Shown here in pieces: positions 9,205 through 18,523 of a stretch of 64,000 bases of DNA. The translations under genes were made by a program, and so were the position numbers. The stretch comes from an uncultured Clostridia bacterium. Lineage in GTDB: Bacteria > Bacillota > Clostridia > TANB77 > CAG-508. The notes below the pieces were generated by a model. That model saw nothing but the letters and a program-made list of their open reading frames with translations. It did not search any database and was not told the DNA's origin. Each line of letters starts with the position of its first letter. Position 1 is the first letter of the stretch. The DNA lies in contig CAKPSF010000002.1 of NCBI GenBank assembly GCA_934183305.1, positions 145,395-209,394 on the forward strand. The letters are read 5' to 3'.

Positions 9205-9309
9205 ATTAGCGGAATGCGAAAATAAATAAGCATAACAATTTAACTTTTATTTGCCCCAATAACAACTTCCCGTTTATTGAGTCTTTACTATTTATTTTCT
9301 ACTCTAATT
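9205..9309 (-). promoter_or_regulatory. THF (folT-motif) riboswitch aptamer
   Basis: Minus strand reads AAUUAGAGUAGAAAAUAAAUAG...ACGGGAAGU...CUUAUUUAUUUUCGCAUUCCGCUAAU. P1 is AUUAG/CUAAU. P2 is a 12-bp stem, GAAAAUAAAUAG/CUUAUUUAUUUUC. The GAGUAG, GGGAxG and GCAUyCCGCU blocks match the THF-I consensus as I recall it. A downstream UUUCUUUU/AAAAGAAA hairpin abuts the SD. Confidence 0.7.
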
Positions 9310-9322
9310 GAAACTTATGTAC

Positions 9323-9351
9323 AGTTTAACATATATATCATTTATCTTCAA
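9323..9351 (-). promoter_or_regulatory. promoter of riboswitch-folT operon (TTGAAG-17-TAAACT)
   Basis: rc of 9346-9351 is TTGAAG and rc of 9323-9328 is TAAACT. Confidence 0.45.
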
Positions 9352-9362
9352 GTAATATTTCG

Positions 9363-10874
9363 TTAAATTTTTTTCGTTATATTTAAATCAAAATAAAATT
9401 CAACACCATTTGTTTTATTAATAACTCCATATTCATTATTATAATTATTCATTATGGCTTTTACTAAAGATAACCCGATTCCTGTACCTCCCATTTCTCT
9501 ATTTCTTGAAGTATCTTCTTTATAAAATCTATTCCAAATTCTTTGCATATTTTCTTTGCTGATATTTTTTCCAGTATTAAATACCGAAATTCTAATTTTG
9601 TCTTCAATAATTTTAAATGAAATTTTTATGTATTTTTCTTTATTGATTTTCTCTGCATTTTTTATAGCATTACTTAAATAATTATTTACTATTTGTTCTA
9701 CAAAATTGTTATCAGCATATACGTATACTGGTTCTTTTAAATCAAACTTAGTTTCTATGTTATTTTCATTTAAAAGTACAGTATATTTTCTTAATTCTTC
9801 ATTTATTAATTCTGTAACATTAAATAATTCATCATTGAATTTTTTTGCTCCATACTCAAGTTTCATTAACTCTAGCAATTCCTTAACCATTTTATCCATT
9901 TTGTTTGCTTCATCTTGTATAACCTCTGCATAAAATTTTCTACTCTCTTCATCTGAATTAACATTTTCAATAAGCCCTTCAGAATACCCTTGAATTAATG
10001 CAATTGGTGTTTTTAACTCATGTGATACATCAGAAATAAATTGTTTTCTCATTTCATCAATTTTTGATTTTTCTTCAATATCTTTTTCCAATTCAGAATT
10101 ATTTTTTTGCAATTTTGTTATTGTTTCTTCAAGTTTGTCAGACATTTTGTTTATGCTTTTTCCTAAATTGTCTATCTCATCTTCTGAATCTTTTATTCTA
10201 TACTTTTGGCTAAAATCTAAGTTTGACATTTTATTTGCTATATTACTTAATTCTGTTATTGGTTTAGTAAATTTTTTTGAAATTATTAATATAGCTATTC
10301 CACTTATAATTACAGTAATAACTCCAAGTGAATATAAAAAGTTATTAGATATTTTAACACTATCTTTTATAGATGATATTGGCATTCTAATATATACAAT
10401 ATTATCATTATCTAATACTCCTGCAAGCATTAGAAAGTTTATTTCACTTTTTGTGTCTTTAGCTTCTACAATATATGCATTATCTGTTTTATATAATATT
10501 TTGCCTTTCTCAATTTTTTCTTGTCCTTGTAAATATTCTTTAAATTCTTTATTAGAATTATATATAACAAAATTGCTATTGCTTGTTATTAGGATATTAA
10601 GGTTATTGTTAATTGCTAATTTTTCTAGTTCTAATTCAGCATTTGCACTAGATATATTATTTGATGTTAAATATCTATTAATTTTATAAAATGATTGCAA
10701 AATTGTCTCTTTTTTATAATACAAATAGTAAGACTCAACTATAATACTATTCACCAATACAAGTGCTAATACAATAGCCATTATAGTTATAGTCATTATT
10801 AAAAATAATTTTGTTCTAAGTGATTTATTTAAGTTTTCTTTTTTGTTTTTAAAAAACTCTTTAATTTTTCTCAT
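9363..10874 (-). CDS. sensor histidine kinase (two TM helices, HAMP, HisKA, HATPase_c)
   Basis: H-box FISDVSHELKTPI and G-box GGTGIGLSLVKAI. 503 aa. Confidence 0.9.
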   Translation of the reverse strand: MRKIKEFFKNKKENLNKSLRTKLFLIMTITIMAIVLALVLVNSIIVESYYLYYKKETILQSFYKINRYLTSNNISSANAELELEKLAINNNLNILITSNSNFVIYNSNKEFKEYLQGQEKIEKGKILYKTDNAYIVEAKDTKSEINFLMLAGVLDNDNIVYIRMPISSIKDSVKISNNFLYSLGVITVIISGIAILIISKKFTKPITELSNIANKMSNLDFSQKYRIKDSEDEIDNLGKSINKMSDKLEETITKLQKNNSELEKDIEEKSKIDEMRKQFISDVSHELKTPIALIQGYSEGLIENVNSDEESRKFYAEVIQDEANKMDKMVKELLELMKLEYGAKKFNDELFNVTELINEELRKYTVLLNENNIETKFDLKEPVYVYADNNFVEQIVNNYLSNAIKNAEKINKEKYIKISFKIIEDKIRISVFNTGKNISKENMQRIWNRFYKEDTSRNREMGGTGIGLSLVKAIMNNYNNEYGVINKTNGVEFYFDLNITKKI

Positions 10875-10882
10875 TTTTGCTC

Positions 10883-11566
10883 CTAATCATTTTTTGTTTC
10901 GAATTTATATCCTACTCCTCTTATTGTTTTTATATATTTTCCTTTTTTACCTAGTTTGTGTCTAATCTTCTTTATATGACTATCTATTGTTCTAGAATCT
11001 CCATAATAATCATAATTCCACACATTATTTAATATTTTTTCTCTTGATAAGGCAATTCCTTCATTTTCTAGCAAATAAGTTAATAATTCATATTCTCTTA
11101 AACTTAACTCAATATCTTTTCCATCGCAACTTACAGTTCTTCCATCGTAATCCACAATTATTCCTGAGTAATCTGTTTTATTTTCTTTTTTAGTTCTAGT
11201 TCTATTAAGTAATGCCTCTACTCTAGCAACTAAAATTTTAGGACTAAAAGGCTTTGCAATATATTCATCAGCTCCAAGCTCAAAACCAAATAGTTCGTCT
11301 TGTTCTTCTCCTCTTGCTGTAAGCATTATTACTGGTACGTTTGAAGTTTGTCTAATTTTTCTAAGTACAGACCATCCATCAAATTTAGGCATCATAACAT
11401 CAAGCAATATTAAATCTATTTTATCTTTACGTTCCTCAAATAAATCAATTGCTACCTCTCCATTTTCTGCTTCTATTACCTTAAAATTTTTTTGAAGCAA
11501 AAAATCCTTAACTAATTTTCTCATTCTAGATTCATCATCAACTATCATTACTGTTGTTTCACTCAT
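10883..11566 (-). CDS. OmpR-family response regulator
   Basis: Receiver domain with IDLILLDVMMP, and a C-terminal winged helix ...IKTIRGVGYKFE. Confidence 0.9.
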   Translation of the reverse strand: MSETTVMIVDDESRMRKLVKDFLLQKNFKVIEAENGEVAIDLFEERKDKIDLILLDVMMPKFDGWSVLRKIRQTSNVPVIMLTARGEEQDELFGFELGADEYIAKPFSPKILVARVEALLNRTRTKKENKTDYSGIIVDYDGRTVSCDGKDIELSLREYELLTYLLENEGIALSREKILNNVWNYDYYGDSRTIDSHIKKIRHKLGKKGKYIKTIRGVGYKFETKND

Positions 11567-11631
11567 ATTTATTTCTCCTTATAATTTTTCTATAACAATT
11601 ATAATTTAATAATGTGTTTTATTTGTGAATA

Positions 11632-11668
11632 AAATGTAAAAATGGACATTCTTTAATTAGATGTCCAT
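11632..11668 (-). terminator. intrinsic terminator overlapping the stop of the 111-aa gene
   Basis: ATGGACAT-ctaattaaaga-ATGTCCAT followed by TTTTTACATTTT (minus strand). Confidence 0.7.
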
Positions 11669-11988
11669 CTTAACACTCTTATATCTTTATATTTATTAAG
11701 TACCTCCATATATTTAGAATACTCCTCTTCCCACAACATATCTGGTACCTTATCAAATGCACTAAAAACTTTTTCCGCCTCTGCTAAAAAAATCACCTGT
11801 TCTTGAGGACTAAGTTTTTCATATCTTTTTGAGAATTTGTACAATTTATCCAATGTTTCATTTGCTTTAATAAATGTCCAAAAGTCTTTTACTTTCATTC
11901 CTGCTGATTTTATTTGAAATACCGCAAATACAATTAGATAAAATATTACTAATATTAATATATATATTATAACAAGTGCTAATGACAT
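11653..11988 (-). CDS. small membrane protein, hypothetical
   Basis: 111-aa ORF with AAAGGAG RBS and an N-terminal TM helix. Confidence 0.65.
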   Translation of the reverse strand: MSLALVIIYILILVIFYLIVFAVFQIKSAGMKVKDFWTFIKANETLDKLYKFSKRYEKLSPQEQVIFLAEAEKVFSAFDKVPDMLWEEEYSKYMEVLNKYKDIRVLRWTSN

Positions 11989-12052
11989 TGTTTTGTTATT
12001 TCTCCTTTGTTTATATATTCTATTTTAAACATACTATTATTTTATATGTTAT

Positions 12053-14485
12053 TTATTTGATTGTCAAGTTTTCTGTTATTTTGCTTTGTATTTTATTATC
12101 TTCTAAATAAAATTTTATTTTGCTGCCTTCTTTTAATTTTCCCTCAACTATTTCACTGGCTATCTTATTTTCTATAATTTCTTGAATTTTTCTTTTTAAT
12201 TGTCTTGCCCCATAATTTGAATCAATTTCATTTTCAACTATATAATTTTTAACATCACTAGATACTTCTAGCTTTATCTGCTTATCTAATAGTCTTTCTT
12301 GCACATTTTCCAATATGATATCTATTATTTTTATTAAGTCCTTATTATTTAATTTATTGAAAATTATTATATTATCTATACGATTTATAAATTCTGGTTT
12401 AAATTCTCTTTTTAACTCGTTCATTATAGTTTTGTTATTTTCCTTAGTATCTTCACTTCCAAATCCTAGTTTTCTTTCTTTTATTATCTTATCTGCTCCT
12501 AGATTAGAAGTCATTATTATTATTGTATTTTTAAAATTAATTTTTCTTCCACTTGAATCTGTTAATATTCCTTCGTCTAATATTTGTAACAAAATATTTA
12601 ATACATCTGAATGTGCTTTTTCTATTTCATCAAATACTATTATAGAATATGGATTTTTTCTTACCTTTTTAGTTAAACTAGTTTCTTCATCGAATCCAAC
12701 ATAACCAGGAGGTGCACCAATTATTTTTGAAGTTGAAAACGCTTCCATATATTCGCTCATATCCAATTTTATAACATATTTATCACTTCCAAATAAATTA
12801 TACGCAAGTTCTTTTGTTAATTGTGTTTTTCCAACACCTGTTGGCCCTAAGAAAAGAAACGAACCTAATGGTTTACATGGATCATTTATTCCAACTCTTC
12901 CTCTTATTATTGCTTTAGTTATTTTAGATATTGCCTCATCTTGCCCTATTATTTTTTCTTTTAATTTATTTTCCAAATTCGAAAGTTTATTGTTTTCTGT
13001 ATTTGATATTTGTGTTATTGGAATATTAGTTAAATTTGCAATTACTTCTCTTATATCCTCTACATTAATAATTGCTTTTGTTTTAATATTTTTATTTCTC
13101 CACTCTTCTTGTTTCTTAGCTAATTCATTTTCTTTATCAATTTCATTATCTCTTAGCCTTGCTGCTGTTTCAAACTCTTGATTTAAAATAGCCTCTTCTT
13201 TTTTACTTTTCACTTTATTTATTTCTTCTTCCAATATTTTTATATCATCTGGAACAGTATATGTTTTCATTCTAACTTTAGATGCCGCTTCATCTAATAA
13301 ATCTATTGCTTTATCTGGCATGTATCTATCGTAAATATATCTATCTGATAACTTAACACATTCGCAAATCACTTCATCACTTATCTCAACATTGTGATGT
13401 TTTTCATATTTATCTTTTAGTCCCTTCAAAATTTGTATTGTTTGCGAAATATTAGGCTCATCTACAACAATTGGGCAAAACCTTCTTTCTAAAGCTGCGT
13501 CTTTTTCTATATATTTTGTATATTCATCAATTGTTGTCGCTCCTATTAACTGTATTTCTCCTCTTGCTAATATTGGTTTTAAAATATTTGCCGCATCTAT
13601 TGCTCCTTCGGCTGCACCTGCGCCCACTATTGTGTGAATTTCATCTATAAATAATATAATATCATCATTTTTCTTTACTTCATTTAAACATTTTTTTATC
13701 CTCTCTTCAAAATCTCCTCTATATTTTGCTCCAGCAATTATAGAAATTAAATCCAAATTAAAAATCGTTTTATTTTTCAACATTTCCGGCACTTCTTGAT
13801 TGGCAATTCTTTTTGCTAGGCCTTCCACAATAGCTGTTTTTCCTACTCCTGGTTCACCAATCAAACAAGGATTATTCTTTGTTCTTCTAGATAATATTTG
13901 TATTACCCTGTCTATTTCTTTATCTCTTCCTATAACAGAATCAATTTTATCCTCTAGAGCTAACTTATTTAAATCTGTTCCATATTGATTTAAAACACTA
14001 TTTCCACTTTGAGATTTATTTTTTGTTTTTTTATCTCTATTTAATTCTTCAAGTCCTGCTATTACTTTAAAGATTTCTTCATACATTTTTTCTATATCTG
14101 CGTTCAATTCAATTAATATTTTGTACGCCATATTATCTCTATCATTTAAAATACTAAGAAGCATTGTTTCTGTTCCAATACTCGCTAATAAATTTTTTTC
14201 TGTTTCTTTAAATGAATTTTCTATTATTTTTTTAGTTTTCGGAGTAAAACCATCTGTTTTATTTAAAATTATATTTCCTTCTCCAAGAATTTCTTTAATC
14301 TTAGACAATATTTTGCTTGCTTCAATTTTTTGTTTTTTTAATATTTTATATCCAACGCCTTTTTCTTCAATTGATATTGCATATAAAATATGCTCTGTTC
14401 CAATAAAATTGTGGCCCAATTCCATTGCAACTTTTTCTGCACTTTCTAAAACTTTTTTAGATGCTTCACTAAATTTATATATCAT
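12053..14485 (-). CDS. clpC: ATP-dependent Clp protease ATP-binding subunit ClpC
   Basis: Clp_N repeats, GEPGVGKT and GPTGVGKT Walker A motifs, UVR-like linker. 810 aa. Confidence 0.95.
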   Translation of the reverse strand: MIYKFSEASKKVLESAEKVAMELGHNFIGTEHILYAISIEEKGVGYKILKKQKIEASKILSKIKEILGEGNIILNKTDGFTPKTKKIIENSFKETEKNLLASIGTETMLLSILNDRDNMAYKILIELNADIEKMYEEIFKVIAGLEELNRDKKTKNKSQSGNSVLNQYGTDLNKLALEDKIDSVIGRDKEIDRVIQILSRRTKNNPCLIGEPGVGKTAIVEGLAKRIANQEVPEMLKNKTIFNLDLISIIAGAKYRGDFEERIKKCLNEVKKNDDIILFIDEIHTIVGAGAAEGAIDAANILKPILARGEIQLIGATTIDEYTKYIEKDAALERRFCPIVVDEPNISQTIQILKGLKDKYEKHHNVEISDEVICECVKLSDRYIYDRYMPDKAIDLLDEAASKVRMKTYTVPDDIKILEEEINKVKSKKEEAILNQEFETAARLRDNEIDKENELAKKQEEWRNKNIKTKAIINVEDIREVIANLTNIPITQISNTENNKLSNLENKLKEKIIGQDEAISKITKAIIRGRVGINDPCKPLGSFLFLGPTGVGKTQLTKELAYNLFGSDKYVIKLDMSEYMEAFSTSKIIGAPPGYVGFDEETSLTKKVRKNPYSIIVFDEIEKAHSDVLNILLQILDEGILTDSSGRKINFKNTIIIMTSNLGADKIIKERKLGFGSEDTKENNKTIMNELKREFKPEFINRIDNIIIFNKLNNKDLIKIIDIILENVQERLLDKQIKLEVSSDVKNYIVENEIDSNYGARQLKRKIQEIIENKIASEIVEGKLKEGSKIKFYLEDNKIQSKITENLTIK

Positions 14486-14518
14486 TATTTTTCTCCTTAA
14501 AATATATTCATATATATT

Positions 14519-14677
14519 TTATTCTTTATCTTTATCTGTTATGTCTGCCAATTTATCCACAATACTTTTTTGCTCATCAAGCGTTTTCCAAGCAAAATAT
14601 GATGATATAAATTCTCCATATTTACTAGCATCTTCTTCCATTATGTTTTTATCTTTTTTATTTTTATCGTTCTTCAT
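14519..14677 (-). CDS. 52-aa hypothetical protein upstream of clpC (below ORF-track cutoff)
   Basis: GAGGTGAGAG RBS 4 nt before the ATG. MKNDKNKKDKNIMEEDASKYGEFISSYFAWKTLDEQKSIVDKLADITDKDKE. Confidence 0.4.
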   Translation of the reverse strand: MKNDKNKKDKNIMEEDASKYGEFISSYFAWKTLDEQKSIVDKLADITDKDKE

Positions 14678-14740
14678 ATACTCTCACCTCTAAAAAGAGT
14701 ATACCTATATTTTTTATTTCTAATACAATTTTTATTTAAA

Positions 14741-14780
14741 CCAAAACAAAAAATCCAGCTTGTTAAACAAACTGGATTTT
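14741..14780 (-). terminator. intrinsic terminator after the beta-helix surface gene
   Basis: AAAATCCAG / CTGGATTTT stem, then TTTGTTTTGG on the minus strand. Confidence 0.75.
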
Positions 14781-14797
14781 ATTTAAAATTTATTTTT

Positions 14798-15715
14798 TTA
14801 TCTTTTATATTCTTCATTTGTAAATTCTACTCTGTCTGCACTTGATACATTTGCTGTTGTTATATTTGTTCCTTTTCCTACAAATAATTTTTGATTTTCA
14901 TCTATCCTTGCTGTTTTTCCACTTTCCATTGTTGAATTACTTATATATAATTGATTATTTGTTTCTCCAGCTGAGCCTCTTAATACTAAACCTGCTGAAA
15001 GCAATGTGCATCTATCCATATACACTTTATTGTTTGAATCGTTTGCTTTACTTCCGCCTCCTATATATAAGCATCCCCAATTTCCATCGCCAACACTTTC
15101 TCCATGTTTTCCTTTATATGGTCCACTTTGTAATGTTGCATTTTCTACATATGCTTCTCCATTTTCTCCTTGTGCAAAATATATTCCTCCATGCACATAT
15201 CCATCAAATGTTCCTCCATATACATACAATTTTGCCCCAGCATTATTTTGTAATCCTGAATGTACTCCATAAACACTTCCAGAATAAAATCTCATTTCTC
15301 CACTATTACTAATTCCTATAGAATACACTTCAGCAACATGTCCACTTGAGGCATCAGCAAATACATTTGTATTTGTAATACTCATTGTGGCACCTGTTCC
15401 ATTCTCAATTCCATATGCATTGTTTTCATCAGAATTAACATTTATTTGGGTATTTGTAATAGTAGCTGTAGAGCCTTCACCTGCCTCATTATAAATTCCA
15501 TGTGCATCTTTTTTCTTAGAATCGACATTTATATTAGTATTTGTAATACTCATTGTAACATCAGTCCAATTATTAATGCCATATGCCTCGTTTTCATCGG
15601 AATTAGCATTTATATTAGTGTTTGTAACAGTAATTTTAGAGTTCGTATAATTTACTACTGTTTGTACTATTCCTTCTTTTGAATCTCCAGTTACTTCTGC
15701 TTTTTCTATATTCAT
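14798..15715 (-). CDS. C-terminal piece of frameshift-split pseudopilin-anchored beta-helix repeat protein
   Basis: Repeats ITNTNIN(A/V)xSDENxAYGI x4. Its frame is open upstream of the annotated Met and continues the upstream ORF after a +1 shift near 15747-15758. Confidence 0.7.
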   Translation of the reverse strand: MNIEKAEVTGDSKEGIVQTVVNYTNSKITVTNTNINANSDENEAYGINNWTDVTMSITNTNINVDSKKKDAHGIYNEAGEGSTATITNTQINVNSDENNAYGIENGTGATMSITNTNVFADASSGHVAEVYSIGISNSGEMRFYSGSVYGVHSGLQNNAGAKLYVYGGTFDGYVHGGIYFAQGENGEAYVENATLQSGPYKGKHGESVGDGNWGCLYIGGGSKANDSNNKVYMDRCTLLSAGLVLRGSAGETNNQLYISNSTMESGKTARIDENQKLFVGKGTNITTANVSSADRVEFTNEEYKR

Positions 15716-16649
15716 TATTCCATAATTTACTATTGAAAAGCATATTCCGTTTATTTGCAGTACATTTTACTGTAGAATTTTTAATTTGCATATTAGGTAA
15801 TGGTGTGGATTTTGATATTTTTACCCCTTGAACATTTCCATCTGCACTACTATTTGCTTCTATTACAGAACTTTCAATATTTGCATTACTTGCTTGCACT
15901 TGTAATCCATACGCATGTTTACTATTTTCAGCATATACTTCACATTTTCTCATGTAAAATTCATTACTTATTTTAACCTTTATTGATAATACTGTTCCTG
16001 AACTATTAATATTATTTACATATTCTCCACCTATCAAATTAAAGTTTTCTCCTTCTGCATCTATCAATATAAAGTTCGAAGTTATAGCATCATTAATTTT
16101 GGATTCTATTTTACTTCCTTGTAACATTCCATTTATTGTTGCTGTTGTTGATGCTCCAAAAACTATACCTGAAGTACTTGTTGTAAAGCTTAATGTATTT
16201 CCACCTAAATTTAATTCTACATTTTTATTTATTGTTAATTTATTTGCTTCTTCTGTGTTTTTTAGTAACACAACAACCACATTGTTATTTTCATCTTTAT
16301 ATATTCCTGCTACTGCATTTTCTTTTGTTGAATCTGCATTTGCTGTTGTTTCTCCGTTCACATCAGCTATTGCTTTACTTAAGGTTGTATAATATGAAAA
16401 TTCATATTTTTCTTGTAACTCTGCTACTGTTGGCATTATTTCTTGTGTATCTAGTACACCTTCATAATATTTTAATAAATCTTCTTCTCTTTTAGTCGCA
16501 TCTATATAATCTTTTTGGGCGTTTCTCGCATGCGCTATTATTCCATCTCCTGTTATTGCATTTATTGCTACTACTGCTAATATTAATAACACAACAATTG
16601 TTATTATTAATGCAATTAAGGTAATACCTTTATTCTTTTTTCGTTCCAT
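15636..16649 (-). CDS. N-terminal piece of the same split gene (pseudopilin-like N-terminus KNKGITLIALIITIVVLLILA)
   Basis: AAAGGAGGAG RBS and a strong promoter. The last ~40 residues (NKRNMLFNSKLWNNEYRKSRSNWRFKRR...) look out of frame. Confidence 0.7.
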   Translation of the reverse strand: MERKKNKGITLIALIITIVVLLILAVVAINAITGDGIIAHARNAQKDYIDATKREEDLLKYYEGVLDTQEIMPTVAELQEKYEFSYYTTLSKAIADVNGETTANADSTKENAVAGIYKDENNNVVVVLLKNTEEANKLTINKNVELNLGGNTLSFTTSTSGIVFGASTTATINGMLQGSKIESKINDAITSNFILIDAEGENFNLIGGEYVNNINSSGTVLSIKVKISNEFYMRKCEVYAENSKHAYGLQVQASNANIESSVIEANSSADGNVQGVKISKSTPLPNMQIKNSTVKCTANKRNMLFNSKLWNNEYRKSRSNWRFKRRNSTNSSKLYEL

Positions 16650-16678
16650 ATTTTTCTCCTCCTTTGATTTCTATTGAA

Positions 16679-16707
16679 ATTGTATAACAATTTGTTTTAT
16701 ATGTCAA
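16679..16707 (-). promoter_or_regulatory. promoter (TTGACA-17-TACAAT)
   Basis: rc of 16702-16707 is TTGACA and rc of 16679-16684 is TACAAT. Confidence 0.65.
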
Positions 16708-16857
16708 TTACTTTTTTCTAAAGCAACAAGTTTAAGTTACCTTGGTCAGTGTATATTTGTTAAGTCACTTTTCTTATATTATTCACAAAGTTTTTTATTT
16801 TAATCTTTTTTAACTTTGAATTGTTCGGAATAACTCCAAAACAAAGCCAAAATTTAA

Positions 16858-16878
16858 ACGCAAAAACGAGAGACAGTA

Positions 16879-16892
<14 letters not shown>
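16858..16892 (-). terminator. intrinsic terminator of the (CA)12 micro-gene
   Basis: CGAGAGA-tgggtaatactg-TCTCTCG followed by TTTTTGCGTTT (minus strand). Confidence 0.7.
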
Positions 16893-17001
<109 letters not shown>

Positions 17002-17037
17002 TTATTTTCTCCTTTGTTTTTATATTTTTACAATATT

Positions 17038-17066
17038 ATTTTATATTTAATTTAATGCATTGTCAA
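17038..17066 (-). promoter_or_regulatory. promoter of the micro-gene (TTGACA-17-TAAAAT)
   Basis: rc of 17061-17066 is TTGACA and rc of 17038-17043 is TAAAAT. Confidence 0.6.
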
Positions 17067-17146
17067 GAAATTTTAGTATCTTTTAGGATAAGACTTATTC
17101 ATATATAACCAACAAAACATATTGTTATTTTTCTTTTTTAATAGAA

Positions 17147-17177
17147 AAAATAGCTTAACATATAGTTAAGCTATTTT
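17147..17177 (-). terminator. original terminator of tRNA-Met, now separated from the gene by the prophage
   Basis: AAAATAGCTTAAC / GTTAAGCTATTTT 13-bp stem directly abutting the tRNA 3' fragment. Confidence 0.7.
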
Positions 17178-17222
17178 TGGTAGCGAAGGGGAGATTCGAA
17201 CTCTCGACCTGCCGGGTATGAA
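17178..17222 (-). repeat. att repeat copy 1: 45-bp 3' fragment of tRNA-Met
   Basis: tggtagcgaaggggagattcgaactctcgacctgccgggtatgaa is identical to 23661-23705. Confidence 0.95.
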
Positions 17223-17350
17223 TTTTGTAATTCGCAGTAGTGTATCTAAAAAGCAAATACCTAAATTGTGTTTTAAAAAATTCTTACCATATTTCTTTAC
17301 CATATTAAAAGGGTAGCCCGTAGGGTGCGGACAGCCATACGGCGCTTGAG

Positions 17351-17470
17351 TTATTTGTTAAGTTCATTGCTTACTTTATTTGTAAAATCGGTTTCTAAGT
17401 ATCTATATGTAAGTAAAATAGATAACATTAATGCTATTATAAGTACTGATATAAATAAAAGTTTTTTCAT
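17351..17470 (-). CDS. 39-aa membrane peptide downstream of the phage repressor
   Basis: GGAG RBS. MKKLLFISVLIIALMLSILLTYRYLETDFTNKVSNELNK. Followed by a GC-rich hairpin at 17305-17346. Confidence 0.4.
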   Translation of the reverse strand: MKKLLFISVLIIALMLSILLTYRYLETDFTNKVSNELNK

Positions 17471-17483
17471 CATTTTCTCCTTT

Positions 17484-17702
17484 CTATTTTGCTGGGTATT
17501 GCTTTTTTATATTAGTAATTTTTGCTATATAATCTATTGAAACTTTATAATATTCAGCATAAATTTTTATTACGTCTAAAGGCGGAACTCTTTCCCCATT
17601 TTCATATCTTATGTATGAGTTTTTTGATATATATGCTATTTTTGAACATTCTTCTTGTGTCATATCTTTATCTTCTCTTAAATCTCTTAATCTAGTTTCC
17701 AT
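17484..17702 (-). CDS. XRE-family HTH repressor (phage cI/Cro-like)
   Basis: 72 aa. LRDLREDKDMTQEECSKIAYISKNSYIRYENGERVP is an HTH_3 pattern. GAGGTG RBS. Divergent from the phage operon. Confidence 0.85.
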   Translation of the reverse strand: METRLRDLREDKDMTQEECSKIAYISKNSYIRYENGERVPPLDVIKIYAEYYKVSIDYIAKITNIKKQYPAK

Positions 17703-17732
17703 TTTTACACCTCAAAAAAATTATACAAAATT

Positions 17733-17774
17733 ACTCCATTTGGGGTTGACAAAATACCCCATTTGGAGTATTAT
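17733..17774 (+). promoter_or_regulatory. phage early promoter (TTGACA-17-TATTAT) bracketed by operator half-sites
   Basis: ACTCCATTTGGGG (17733-17745) and CCCCATTTGGAGT (17757-17769) flank the -35 at 17746-17751. The -10 is at 17769-17774. Confidence 0.65.
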
Positions 17775-17806
17775 TATTTTAGATTTTTTTATAGGAGTGT
17801 TTTATT

Positions 17807-18091
17807 ATGAAATTAAGTGAAGATTTTAAATTTTTAAATTTAAACGCAATCAGAAGAAAAGATGCTGAAAAATTAAAGCCAGAAGAACAATTTTTTTATA
17901 CTGTTAATTTATTAGACCATGATAATAATCCAGTAAGATTTTTCAGCTTTGATAATGCTGTAAATATCAGTTTAATTAAAGCTATAAACGAAGGAAAACT
18001 AAAAGGCTTACAAGATTGTCTAGTTCATTTTGAATTAGCTTTTTCTAATAACAATTGGGTAGTAAGGCTTTTAAATATAGAATTTGAATAA
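17807..18091 (+). CDS. phage hypothetical protein (position compatible with ssDNA-binding g5p-like role)
   Basis: 94-aa ORF with AGGAG RBS. First gene of the rightward phage operon. Confidence 0.6.
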   Translation: MKLSEDFKFLNLNAIRRKDAEKLKPEEQFFYTVNLLDHDNNPVRFFSFDNAVNISLIKAINEGKLKGLQDCLVHFELAFSNNNWVVRLLNIEFE

Positions 18092-18149
18092 AATTAATTG
18101 CTTTTAAGTTTGTGCTTCAAACAAGCTTTACTAAAGAAAGGAGTCAAAT

Positions 18150-18281
18150 ATGAACGAAATTGAATTATTAACCGCAATACACAGTCAATTAGGTTACATT
18201 TGTACCTTTCTTGTTTTCTTTATCATAGTTCTTTTATGCTACTTTGCATATAAGTTCTTTGATATGTTCTTTCACATTTAA
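18150..18281 (+). CDS. 43-aa phage membrane peptide
   Basis: AAAGGAG RBS. MNEIELLTAIHSQLGYICTFLVFFIIVLLCYFAYKFFDMFFHI. Confidence 0.5.
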   Translation: MNEIELLTAIHSQLGYICTFLVFFIIVLLCYFAYKFFDMFFHI

Positions 18282-18302
18282 CAAAAGAAAGGAGCTGAGC
18301 AT

Positions 18303-18476
18303 ATGGAAGAAACTGCAGCATCTACTATTTTATCTGAAATAGTAACATCTAAAATGCTTCAAGGTGTTTTAAATGAGATTACTGGTTTATTACCTATTGT
18401 TATACCTGTTATGATTTCATTCATAGCAATAAGAAAAGGTATAGCATTTGTGCAAAGTGTTTTGCATTCTGCTTAG
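18303..18476 (+). CDS. putative major coat protein (g8p-like), copy 1
   Basis: 57 aa with AAAGGAG RBS. ...KMLQGVLNEITGLLPIVIPVMISFIAIRKGIAFVQSVLHSA has one TM helix and a basic tail. Confidence 0.55.
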   Translation: MEETAASTILSEIVTSKMLQGVLNEITGLLPIVIPVMISFIAIRKGIAFVQSVLHSA

Positions 18477-18523
18477 TTTAAGAAACTAACAAAAGAAACT
18501 AACAAAAGAAAGGAGTGATTGGT

